From assembly GCA_964508005.1 (NCBI GenBank), contig CAZDTG010000002.1, positions 41,307-105,306 on the forward strand: 64,000 bases of DNA. The letters are read 5' to 3'. Under the pieces are notes generated by a model that saw nothing but the letters and a program-made list of their open reading frames with translations, made no database searches and was not told the DNA's origin. A program made the translations under genes and the position numbers. Source of the stretch: an uncultured Steroidobacteraceae bacterium (GTDB lineage Bacteria > Pseudomonadota > Gammaproteobacteria > Steroidobacterales > Steroidobacteraceae). Positions 54,987-63,490 of this stretch are shown piece after piece. The stretch's first letter is position 1; the number at the start of each line of letters is the position of its first letter.

Positions 54987-56651
54987 ATGCCGAAGATTCT
55001 CTTGTTTCGCCTCCCTCACGATTTGAGCGCGAGGCTCGTGTCGGAACTTTCTCGCGCAGGGTACGAAGCTGCGGCGCCGGAATCCGCGGATGTGCGCACA
55101 GTTCTTCAGCATGAGCCTGATCTGATCCTGCTGCAGACGGATGTACGCACACTCGACTGCTGTGGTCTTGTCACTCAGCTCAAAGGCAACGAGGCCACAG
55201 CGCCAGTGAAGATAATCCTTCTGGCCGATGGTGGGCCTTTGGAGCGCAGCCGTGCCCTCGACCTGGGTGCGGACGACGTCCTGAGCATTCCCTTTGAGCC
55301 CGTTGAGCTCTTCGCCCGAATCCGGGCGCACCTGCGAGAGAAAGCGCCGGACGATCGCTTGCGTTTGGAGGTGCTCGACGCCAAGAGGAAAGAGCTCGAA
55401 GCTGAAGCGGCGCTGACAGCAATCGTCGCGCAAAAAGAGACGGGGAAGAGACGCTGGATTGCACTTGGGGTGGTAACCGCTCTAGCGGTGATCGGCGTAG
55501 GTATTGCTGTTCGAAACGCCCAGGTAAGCAGCAAGTCAAACGCGAGCCTGGTTTTGCAGCTGGAGAGTCTCCGCTCGCAGATACTCACTCGAGACCAGCT
55601 TCTGGAACGCGCCCAAAAGAGCCGCGAGGCACGCGATCAGGAATTGACAGTTTCGGTGAGCAAGCAATTGGAAGCATTGCGGGCAGAGAGCGCAGACCTG
55701 CGGAACAAGATCTCCACGTCGGCCGGGCCCTCCCTGTCTGATCTTGACAACCGTTTGAAGCAAACCGACTCCCGGATCGGAAAACTCGAGAACGAGTCGC
55801 GCATCGCACAAGAGATCGTCCGGGATTATTCAAACAGCGTTTGCCTGATCTACGCGATTCTCGCTTTTCACGACAAGAAGACTGGCGCTCTGCTCAAGTT
55901 CGCCGGCATTGACGCGAATGGCAATCCCGTCGCCGATAGCAAGGGAAAGCTCATTGTCACCACGGAAGGCGGCGGCCCGCCCGTGCACATAGACGTATTT
56001 GGAAGCGGCTTTCTGATCGATACCGCCGGTCACATCCTCACCAATCATCACGTACTCGAACCATGGTGGCACAACGCTGAGGCGATCCCTGTGCCCAGCG
56101 ATTCTTTCGAGCCGACCATCTGGTCGATGTGGGCTTATTTTCCGGGGAACGAAACGCCAATGCCTCTGCGCGTGCAAGGCTTGAGTGAGGACTCTGACCT
56201 TGGGCTGGCAGCAGTCGATCTGCCTGAGAGCCATCCGAGGCCTGTCACAATCGATCCGCAAGTCGCCATTTCCGGCAGCCCGGTGGTCTTGATTGGATAC
56301 CCCACCGGACTCGAAGGGATTATTGCCCGTATCGACGAGCCCACGCTCAAACGGATCGCACAGGCAACCGGGAACAGGACGGAGGATCTCGTGCAAGAGC
56401 TTGCACGAAGAAAGCTGATCCGACCGCTGGTGACGCAGGGCCATCTTGGCGTTGTTGGCCCCGATCGACTGGTCTACGACGCACAAACAACTTCTGGCGG
56501 GTCCGGTGGCCCAGTATTCAATGCCAGCGGAAAAGTGATCGGAGTGAACTTCGCCATCCTGTCGGGCTTCTCTGGCTCGAATTTCGCTGTCCCCATCTCA
56601 CACGCTGCAAAGATGCTTGAAACGTCAAAATCCGCGAAAGCAGCGCGTTGA
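54987..56651 (+). CDS. Pseudo-receiver / TM / coiled-coil / trypsin-like (S1, HtrA-type) serine protease fusion
   Basis: ATG 54987 (MPKILLF...). Domains in order: a CheY-like fold with degenerate active-site positions, one TM span (RRWIALGVVTALAVIGVGIAV), a roughly 120-aa heptad-rich region, and a protease triad context (LTNHHV, DSDLGLAAV, TSGGSGGPVF). The first 112 codons of the track ORF overlie IS debris and are rejected. Confidence 0.85.
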   Translation: MPKILLFRLPHDLSARLVSELSRAGYEAAAPESADVRTVLQHEPDLILLQTDVRTLDCCGLVTQLKGNEATAPVKIILLADGGPLERSRALDLGADDVLSIPFEPVELFARIRAHLREKAPDDRLRLEVLDAKRKELEAEAALTAIVAQKETGKRRWIALGVVTALAVIGVGIAVRNAQVSSKSNASLVLQLESLRSQILTRDQLLERAQKSREARDQELTVSVSKQLEALRAESADLRNKISTSAGPSLSDLDNRLKQTDSRIGKLENESRIAQEIVRDYSNSVCLIYAILAFHDKKTGALLKFAGIDANGNPVADSKGKLIVTTEGGGPPVHIDVFGSGFLIDTAGHILTNHHVLEPWWHNAEAIPVPSDSFEPTIWSMWAYFPGNETPMPLRVQGLSEDSDLGLAAVDLPESHPRPVTIDPQVAISGSPVVLIGYPTGLEGIIARIDEPTLKRIAQATGNRTEDLVQELARRKLIRPLVTQGHLGVVGPDRLVYDAQTTSGGSGGPVFNASGKVIGVNFAILSGFSGSNFAVPISHAAKMLETSKSAKAAR

Positions 56652-56921
56652 TGCTCGTTTGGAAGGTCACCGGCACACGATCGACCGCGTGCGAATGCGC
56701 TTCGGGGCTCCCCCAACACCATCAACGATCACTTAGATACCTGGTGGGCCAAGCTCGGCTCTCGTCGGTCGACTCGCAACTCGTTTGCGCCCGGCCCAAC
56801 GAGGAATCAGGTCGATGGCAGCGAACAGTCCGCGATCCGAGCAGATTGTGTTGGGGGATGAAGGAGTTTCCCGCAAGGTTGGCAACGCATCGGTTCGTTG
56901 AGATCCCGGGGCGCCGTGGCG

Positions 56922-57413
56922 CTACGGGATAATGCCGAGTCTGATCTTGGTCCTGATCTCACTGAGCCAGACCTCGCGGTAATGCTGAGGGAGTGCGGAG
57001 AAGACCGCCGGCTGCGCGCCGCAGCCCTGCAGAAGTCGCTCGAGGGAGATCACGGCATCCAGCCAGGCGAGAGTGTTGCAGCCAACGAGTGCCGCCTTGT
57101 CGGTAGTGGTGACCCAGAGAAGGTTGGCACTCGGGCTTTCGTGTGCCTTCAGCCATGTGAGAAGGTCCCGCTCGCCCGGGTCGAGTGTCAGAAGCCGCGG
57201 GTGGCCAGTGGCGAACGTGGCCAGATCCCGTTTGGACGGGGTGTGCACGGCCGCGAGCCCGGCTTTCAACTCCGGCAAAGGTACTGGAACTCTTCTCGGG
57301 TTGAGCGGATCGCCCGTCTGCGTCTCCGAGACCACCGCGCTCACGGTCTCGATGCGGTATGCGTTCGCGAGGAGCTTCCAGCATCCGAGCTCGAAGGCCG
57401 TGAACACCATCAT
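56922..57413 (-). CDS. Hypothetical protein, possibly PIN-like
   Basis: 163 aa, 26 nt downstream of the XRE-ImmA gene. LDPGERDLLTWL and VTTTDKAAL resemble PIN acidic motifs. An in-frame LDT lies immediately upstream of the ATG, reachable only from a CTG (57422) or ATT start. Confidence 0.55.
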   Translation of the reverse strand: MMVFTAFELGCWKLLANAYRIETVSAVVSETQTGDPLNPRRVPVPLPELKAGLAAVHTPSKRDLATFATGHPRLLTLDPGERDLLTWLKAHESPSANLLWVTTTDKAALVGCNTLAWLDAVISLERLLQGCGAQPAVFSALPQHYREVWLSEIRTKIRLGIIP

Positions 57414-57439
57414 GGTGTCCAGCCTTGACTCACGAGCGG

Positions 57440-58546
57440 TTAGAATTCAAACGGGGCCGCGAGCTCGTAGGAGGCAAACAGGGCTGCCAGCTGCTCCCCA
57501 TCCAGAGCGAGTGTCTTCGCGACCTTCCGCGCCGACAACCGCCCGCGGTCAAGCGCGCTATGGAGCGCACGCACGAAAGACTCCGAGTAGAGCCGAGGCA
57601 GTGTCTGCTTCACGGTCACGGGCCGGCGGACCAGCGCCTCGTGCACCTCATCGTCGATACGCCCGAGCCCGAGGAGCCGCCAGCCGAGCGCCGAGGTCGA
57701 CACACGAAGGCGCTCTGCGACCGCGCGAAGTCGCGCGACGTCTGCAGGCTCGGTGACGAGCTGGTCCAGAACCACTCGTGGCATGAGCAGCGAGGAGGCG
57801 AAGTTGTTGGCGAGTTGTTCGACCCGCTTGCGGCTGGGAGTTCCACGGTCATCCGTGGTGTTGGATTCGCGGCGCTCAGGCTCCATCGCATCCCACGTGA
57901 GCGCGTGAAACAACTCGTGCGCGAGCGTGTATGCGCGGCGCGTCTCGCCCTCCCGGCGATTGAGCAGGATGCAGGTCAGGTCTTCCAGATGGCACGTCGC
58001 GCCTGACAGAGAACCGTCGCCAAATACGCCCGGATCAACCATGAGCACCGGGATGTCGAGCTCTCGTTCGATCGTTTCGAGCAGACTCCCGGCCGGAACC
58101 TCGCCGAGGCCGAGCTCCTGAGCGAGTCTCTCCGCCCGCGCCTGTGAAGCTTCGAACGTCGACTCGCTCGACAGCCGAAGCCCGCGCTTGAGCGCGCTCG
58201 CATCTGACGGCGTTTGGTCACGCAGCCAGCGCAGTATGCCAACGAGCTGATTCGTGCGGTTTTCGAAGTCGTCCAGCGTCTCGTCCCGAACCTCCGGCGA
58301 TACGCGCCAGTTGTACTTCGCCTCGCCGGCGACGGAGAAGGGATCGACAAAGTAGTCGATGGGCCGGTCGAAGGCGTCCGAGAGGATCACCAACTCATCC
58401 GGCTTCACGCCGCGCTTGCCATTCTCCAGGTCCGACACGGACTGGCGATTCTCCAGCCCGAGCAGGGCGGCGAGATCGTCTTGCGTACGGCCGGCTGCCT
58501 CGCGGGCGGCGCGCACGCGAAACCCAATATGGCGAGTTGATTCCAT
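57440..58546 (-). CDS. XRE-family HTH fused to ImmA/IrrE (COG2856) zinc metallopeptidase
   Basis: ATG 58546 follows GGAGGAAG. The HTH is IGFRVRAAREAAGRTQDDLAALLGLENRQSVSDLENGKR. The HEXXH motif is in YTLAHELFHALTW. The first 124 codons of the track ORF are rejected. Confidence 0.85.
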   Translation of the reverse strand: MESTRHIGFRVRAAREAAGRTQDDLAALLGLENRQSVSDLENGKRGVKPDELVILSDAFDRPIDYFVDPFSVAGEAKYNWRVSPEVRDETLDDFENRTNQLVGILRWLRDQTPSDASALKRGLRLSSESTFEASQARAERLAQELGLGEVPAGSLLETIERELDIPVLMVDPGVFGDGSLSGATCHLEDLTCILLNRREGETRRAYTLAHELFHALTWDAMEPERRESNTTDDRGTPSRKRVEQLANNFASSLLMPRVVLDQLVTEPADVARLRAVAERLRVSTSALGWRLLGLGRIDDEVHEALVRRPVTVKQTLPRLYSESFVRALHSALDRGRLSARKVAKTLALDGEQLAALFASYELAAPFEF

Positions 58547-58576
58547 CGGCTCTTCCTCCTGTCCACAGTATACGAC

Positions 58577-58625
58577 TTGCGAACATCGAAACGCAAGTTT
58601 ACATGGCAAGGCAGTATTTGCAAGA
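58577..58625. promoter_or_regulatory. Candidate operator half-sites between the divergent XRE-ImmA gene and the 290-aa gene
   Basis: CTTGCG (58577-58582) and CGCAAG (58593-58598) form a 6-bp inverted repeat with a 10-nt spacer. A third related site, TTGCAAG, is at 58619-58625. Confidence 0.35.
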
Positions 58626-58735
58626 TCGGAGGGCTGAGTACCAGAAGTTGGGTACCCACTGTCTGTGCCCAAGAGCTGTCGGTGGCGCGAGATTGGCGGC
58701 TTCGCTATTGCGTGGCATTGAAAGGACGGTCGTAT

Positions 58736-59608
58736 ATGAGCATTACTGATGGTGAGGGCTATATCGTGGCCGAGTTCCGGCCCCAAGGTGTCTATGGGGT
58801 ACGTGGTCTCGGAATGAACCGCCTCCAGTTCGGACTGGAGTTCCAGATCAACGCCAGTCGTGCCGGGGGCGCTGCGCTGAGCAGTGCCGTCTGCTTCGTT
58901 TGGGCCGGCCGAACGCAAGCCGATGTGAGGCCTCTCGGCGTCGCGACTATGGAAACGAGCTGGTACGTGGAAACTACAGACTACGCTCGCCGTGACACGG
59001 TGTCTGCGTATTTAGACTTGAGCTTCGAGCAGTTGGAAGCGCTCGAGCGAATGCGCGAAGGCGGATCGCTCTTTTTCAAGTTGGATCTGCGTGTCTTGGT
59101 CCATTCACGTCAACGTGGTCTACAGCGGGGTGATCAGCAGTCGTGGTTCGAGGCGTCGTTGAGCACTTGGTCGAAGGTTCTTGAGCAGATCGGATACAGC
59201 GAAACACTGCTGCTCGGCCTAGAATTGCCGGTGCAAGGAGTGCCAACAGAGCTGCATGGTGCAGCGAGTCAGTTACGCGAGGCGCACCGGGATCTGATAG
59301 CGGGTCGCTTTGACGGCACGGTCGCTCGAGTACGGCTGGCGATAGATACGGTGCTCGGCTTTGATAGCCGACCTCAGGTACTTCAGGAGTTTTCTGGAAG
59401 CAGCGCGAGTCGCGAACAGATGTCAAAACGTTCCCGAGCAGACTTGGTCCGCATCGCGGTTCGACACTACACACACTTGGCACATCATGTCGACGATTCC
59501 GGCGCACCGGAAACCTTTAGCAGACACGATGCTCAATTTGCGCTGGCTGGAGCGACGGCAGCGATATGGGATGCTGTTACCGAGTTCCGCAGGAGCCGAA
59601 GCCAATAG
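58736..59608 (+). CDS. Hypothetical 290-aa protein (beta-rich N-half, helical C-half with Rx4-6H motifs)
   Basis: ATG 58736 follows aaaggacgg. I recognise no family. The C-terminal LVRIAVRHYTHLAHH contains RIAVRH (Rx4H) and RHYTHLAH (Rx6H). It is divergent from the XRE-ImmA gene. Confidence 0.55.
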   Translation: MSITDGEGYIVAEFRPQGVYGVRGLGMNRLQFGLEFQINASRAGGAALSSAVCFVWAGRTQADVRPLGVATMETSWYVETTDYARRDTVSAYLDLSFEQLEALERMREGGSLFFKLDLRVLVHSRQRGLQRGDQQSWFEASLSTWSKVLEQIGYSETLLLGLELPVQGVPTELHGAASQLREAHRDLIAGRFDGTVARVRLAIDTVLGFDSRPQVLQEFSGSSASREQMSKRSRADLVRIAVRHYTHLAHHVDDSGAPETFSRHDAQFALAGATAAIWDAVTEFRRSRSQ

Positions 59609-59677
59609 GGGAGCTACCTCGACTAACGCCGTTTCCTCATCGCAGGCGGCCAAGAACACGGCAGCGTGTATAACTTT

Positions 59678-59702
59678 TAGTGCCGTTTGGTACTAAATTT
59701 TG
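59678..59702 (+). terminator. Possible intrinsic terminator after the 290-aa gene
   Basis: tagtgcc-gttt-ggtacta forms a 7-bp stem with one G-U pair, followed by aattttg. It lies 70 nt after the stop at 59608. Confidence 0.4.
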
Positions 59703-59923
59703 TGCCCAATAGCTATCGCAAGGCCCGGACGGCGCGCCATAGTCTCGACATTACATAATATACATTATGCGCAATTGAGATACCGCCTGTGGCGCAAGCG
59801 GTACCGCTGATCGGATCGCACCTTATATACAGCGCCACGCCCCGCAATCTCCCGCGCCCCTTTAGTACAGTCCCGGCCGGCCACGCATTGTGGCCAGGCC
59901 CACGGTATGTGGTGAGGGACTGC

Positions 59924-60688
59924 ATGCGGATCCTGGTGGTCGAAGATAACGAGCTGGTTGCGGACGCGATCGTGCGCGGTCTCGGCATGGCGGGGTTTGC
60001 GGTCGATCGGGCGGCGAACGCGGAAAGCGCGGCGGCGGCGCTGGCTGCCGAGCATTTCGACCTCGCGCTGCTTGATATCGGGTTGCCCGGGACCGATGGA
60101 CTCAGCCTGTTGCGCCGCCTCAGACGCGATGGCAAGACCATTCCCGTCATGGTGCTCACGGCACGGGACACGCTGGCCACCAAGATCGAGGCGCTGGATC
60201 TGGGCGCCGATGACTTTCTGATGAAGCCATTCGAGCAGGCCGAGCTCGCGGCTCGCTGCCGGGCGTTGATTCGCCGCTCGAACCTGAGCACGAGTGGCCA
60301 GTTGAGCCTGGGGCGGCTGCGCATCGACCTCAACGGGCGGCAGCTGCAAATCGACGCGGCGGCTGTGGAGTTGACCGGCCGTGAATGGGCTGTGCTGGAA
60401 TGCCTGGCGCTGAGCGCCGGCCGTCTGGTCTCCAAGGAACGCCTGCAACAGGCGATCGCGAGCTGGGATCAGGCGCTGACACCGAATGCGGTCGAGGTCT
60501 ATGTCTCGCGCTTGCGCACGAAGCTCGCCGACGCCGCGACCATTCGTGTCGTGCGCGGGCTCGGTTACCGGCTCGAGCTCGATGACCCGAAGTCCGGCCG
60601 CCCGCAGAAGCTTGAACGATCGAGGGCCGAGCCGTTGCGGCCCGATCAGAACCCGCGCGAGCGCGACTCCGCTGCCGATCCCCAATGA
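59924..60688 (+). CDS. OmpR/PhoB-family response regulator
   Basis: MRILVVEDNELVADAI, LALLDIGLPGTDG, VLTARD, FLMKPF and a winged-helix region (VYVSRLRTKL...VRGLGYRLE). A roughly 35-aa charged C-terminal extension follows. The stop overlaps the kinase ATG (ATGA). Confidence 0.9.
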   Translation: MRILVVEDNELVADAIVRGLGMAGFAVDRAANAESAAAALAAEHFDLALLDIGLPGTDGLSLLRRLRRDGKTIPVMVLTARDTLATKIEALDLGADDFLMKPFEQAELAARCRALIRRSNLSTSGQLSLGRLRIDLNGRQLQIDAAAVELTGREWAVLECLALSAGRLVSKERLQQAIASWDQALTPNAVEVYVSRLRTKLADAATIRVVRGLGYRLELDDPKSGRPQKLERSRAEPLRPDQNPRERDSAADPQ

Positions 60689-62196
60689 CCCGCGCGCCGG
60701 CACGAACTCCGTCCATCCGCCATCGGCTGCTCTTTTTTCTGCTGCCGCCCCTGACTGCCTTGCTGGTGGTCGGCGTTTTCGTGGATTACCGCGCCGCATT
60801 GATCTTCGCGCGCAAGACCTATGATCAACGCCTCACCGATGCGGTCCTCGCAGTAGCCGGGCAGATCGATGCGGCAGGCGTCGAGGCGGCGGCGCAACGG
60901 TTACCCCGGCGGCTGCCTACCTGGGGTGTGGATCGCGATCCCGACTTCTCATACGCGATCCTGGGGCCACGGGGACAGCTGATTGCAGGCAACCCCCTGC
61001 TCTCGCGCCCGACTGCCAATGCGCCTCGGGCCGGCAGCAACCCCTCCTTCGCCGACGCTACGCTCGGCGGAAAAAACGTCCGCGTGGCGAGCTACGAGCT
61101 GCGCACCGCGGCCGGAGCCACCACGGTCAAAGTTGCCGGCGAAGACGACTCACGCACGGGCCCGGCGCACTTCGTTCTGGGCAGCACCTGGCTCATCGGC
61201 TTCATCCAACTCGACATCACCCTCCTCCTCGTCTGGATCGGCGTGCATTTCGGGCTGAAGCCGCTGCTCGACGTACGGCGCGACATCGAAGCACGCTCGG
61301 CGCGCGAGTTGCGGCCGTTGGAGCTGGCGAGCGTGCCCACCGAGGTGCGTCCGCTGGTCGAAGGACTCAACATGCTGTTCGAGATGCTGGCGGAGGCTGC
61401 GCGCTCGCAACGGCAATTCGTAGCCGACACGGCGCACCAGCTGCGCACGCCCATTACGGGCCTCCTGGGCCATCTCGACGTTCTGATGCGGGAGCCGGCC
61501 GCGGCGGCACTGCATGACCGTCTGGCCTCCCTACATGAAGGGATGAGCGGCCTGGCGCATTCCGCGAACCAGTTGCTGGCGCTTGCCCGAGCGGAGCCCT
61601 CCGCGAACCTTGCCGATCCTTTCGAAAGTGTTGACGTGAAGGCCCTCGTGGAACGGGTGCTGGAACGCAACATCGACCGCTCGGTCGAGGCGCGGCTGGA
61701 CCTCGGTGCCGAGGCCCAAGCCACGCAAGTGACGGGCAGCGTACGTCTTCTCGAGGACCTGCTCGGCAATCTGATCGATAACGCGCTGCATTACACGCCA
61801 GCGGGCGGTCATGTCACGGTCCGGTGTGGCTCGGATGACAGCAAGCCCTATCTCGAAGTCGAGGACGACGGGCCGGGCATCCCGGCGGCCGAGCGCTCGC
61901 GGGTGCGCGAGCGTTTCTATCGCATGCCGGGATCCTCGGGGCACGGCTGCGGATTGGGGCTCGCGATCGTGGATGAGATCGCTCGCCTGCATGGCGCCGA
62001 ATTGACGATCGAGGCCGGCGCGAAGGGTCGCGGCGCGAGGATGAGAGTGAGCTTTCGCGGCCGCCCCGCTGTCGACTCTCCTCGCGCTGAGCCAGCCACG
62101 ACGCGGCGTAACAACACCGGTGGTGCCAAGGTGACGCCCGCCGCCGGCGCAGCCGGCCTGGAACTGAGAACCGCGTCGCAATCCGGAGGTGTCTGA
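60685..62196 (+). CDS. Sensor histidine kinase (QseC/PmrB-like, two TM)
   Basis: The H-box is FVADTAHQLRTPITGL, the N box NLIDNALHYT, G1 VEDDGPGIP and G2 GCGLGLAIV. The tail is about 50 aa and low-complexity. The stop overlaps an ATG opening the fimT-like frame (TGATG). Confidence 0.9.
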   Translation: MTRAPARTPSIRHRLLFFLLPPLTALLVVGVFVDYRAALIFARKTYDQRLTDAVLAVAGQIDAAGVEAAAQRLPRRLPTWGVDRDPDFSYAILGPRGQLIAGNPLLSRPTANAPRAGSNPSFADATLGGKNVRVASYELRTAAGATTVKVAGEDDSRTGPAHFVLGSTWLIGFIQLDITLLLVWIGVHFGLKPLLDVRRDIEARSARELRPLELASVPTEVRPLVEGLNMLFEMLAEAARSQRQFVADTAHQLRTPITGLLGHLDVLMREPAAAALHDRLASLHEGMSGLAHSANQLLALARAEPSANLADPFESVDVKALVERVLERNIDRSVEARLDLGAEAQATQVTGSVRLLEDLLGNLIDNALHYTPAGGHVTVRCGSDDSKPYLEVEDDGPGIPAAERSRVRERFYRMPGSSGHGCGLGLAIVDEIARLHGAELTIEAGAKGRGARMRVSFRGRPAVDSPRAEPATTRRNNTGGAKVTPAAGAAGLELRTASQSGGV

Positions 62197-62333
62197 TGTT
62201 TTGGAGTCAACTCCGAGGCTCGTTGTCAGCTTCCCGCAAGCTTGCCTCCCTAGAGTCATGCGCCATGGACTCCTTACCCTCATGTCGCGGGAACGCAACC
62301 GGTATGTCGCCGCCGGCAGACGTCGACAGCCGC

Positions 62334-62927
62334 ATGGCAGCGCCGATCTTGCGCAGCAACGCCGGATTGCGCGCTGCCGCCGGGTTCAACCTCGTGGAGC
62401 TGCTCGTCGTCATCACGATCGCCTCCATCCTGATGGGCATCGGGGTGCCCTCGTACCGCTATGTCACCAACTCCAACCGGGTGTCGAGCGAGGTCAATGC
62501 CCTTTTGGGCGACATGATGATCGCGCGCTCCGAGGCCATCAAGGAGGGCCAGACGGTCAGCGTGTGCCCTTCCAACACCGGTACGAGCTGCGACGCCAAT
62601 GCCACCGACTGGTCGGAAGGCTGGATCGTCTTTACCGACTTCAATGGCAACGGCAGCGTCGATGCGGGTGCCCCCAACAATGACACGGTAATGCGTTATC
62701 AGCAGAAGTTCGGCAACAGCGATACTCTCACCACGATCAATGCCGTCAACAACTGGGTGAGCTTCAACCGCGACGGCTTCGCCATCGGCCTGCCGACCAA
62801 CGTCAACACGCATCTCGTTTACCGCTTGCACACCACTCCGGTGAACGATCAGTGGACGCGCTGCCTGGAGCTCACCCTGGCCGGAATGATGACCACGGAA
62901 CACAAAGGGACCGGAGGTTGCACATGA
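62334..62927 (+). CDS. fimT: GspH/FimT-family minor pilin (second set)
   Basis: ATG 62334 gives MAAPILRSNAGLRAAAGFNLVELLVVITIASILMGIGVPSY. The frame is open from ATG 62196, so the start is ambiguous. Confidence 0.8.
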   Translation: MAAPILRSNAGLRAAAGFNLVELLVVITIASILMGIGVPSYRYVTNSNRVSSEVNALLGDMMIARSEAIKEGQTVSVCPSNTGTSCDANATDWSEGWIVFTDFNGNGSVDAGAPNNDTVMRYQQKFGNSDTLTTINAVNNWVSFNRDGFAIGLPTNVNTHLVYRLHTTPVNDQWTRCLELTLAGMMTTEHKGTGGCT

Positions 62928-63490
62928 TGAGCTCCGGACGCCCCCCGGCGCGCTGCGCAGGCTTCAGCATGATCGAGGTCATGGTGGCCCTGCTCATCAT
63001 CTCGGTCGGCCTGCTCGGCATCGCGAAAATGCAGGCTCTGGCGATCTCGAACACGGGTAACTCCAGGGTGCGCGCGCTCGTGGCGCTCGAGGCGGGCGGG
63101 CTCGCCTCGGCGATGCAGGCGGACCGGCTCTATTGGACGACCGTACCCACGGTCGGCAACGACGTCACCGCGACCATCTCCGGCGCGTCGGTCACGGCGG
63201 CGAGTGACGCCACGCTCAGTACGGGGCAAAACTGCACCAGCGCCGTCTGCACGGTGGCCCAGATGGCGGCCTACGACCTGCAGAGCTGGGCCACGAATCT
63301 GAACAGCCTCATACCCAACGACACCGCTTCCATCGATTGCAAGCTGCCGAGTGCCACCTCTTACGTGACGTGCACGATCACGGTCAACTGGACGGAAAAC
63401 CTGGTCAATTCGAACTCGGCGCAGCAGATCAATTCCACGGTGCAGGCAGCTCTCGCGACGCCTACATACGTCCTCATCGTGCAGCCATGA
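62924..63490 (+). CDS. pilV: PilV-like minor pilin (second set)
   Basis: ggagg precedes ATG 62924, which overlaps the fimT stop (ATGA). Translation begins MMSSGRPPARCAGFSMIEVMVALLIISVGLLGIAKMQ. Confidence 0.85.
   Translation: MMSSGRPPARCAGFSMIEVMVALLIISVGLLGIAKMQALAISNTGNSRVRALVALEAGGLASAMQADRLYWTTVPTVGNDVTATISGASVTAASDATLSTGQNCTSAVCTVAQMAAYDLQSWATNLNSLIPNDTASIDCKLPSATSYVTCTITVNWTENLVNSNSAQQINSTVQAALATPTYVLIVQP

Noticed and set aside
56922-59608. Prophage or ICE regulatory region (the XRE-ImmA pair is typical of these)
   Set aside because: There are no integrase, excisionase, replication, capsid, tail or conjugation genes anywhere in the window, so I report it as a stand-alone module instead.
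59765-60799. 344-aa minus-strand ORF, and 59713-60435 (-), over the response-regulator gene
   Set aside because: Both are antisense to a textbook OmpR-family regulator and have low-complexity composition.
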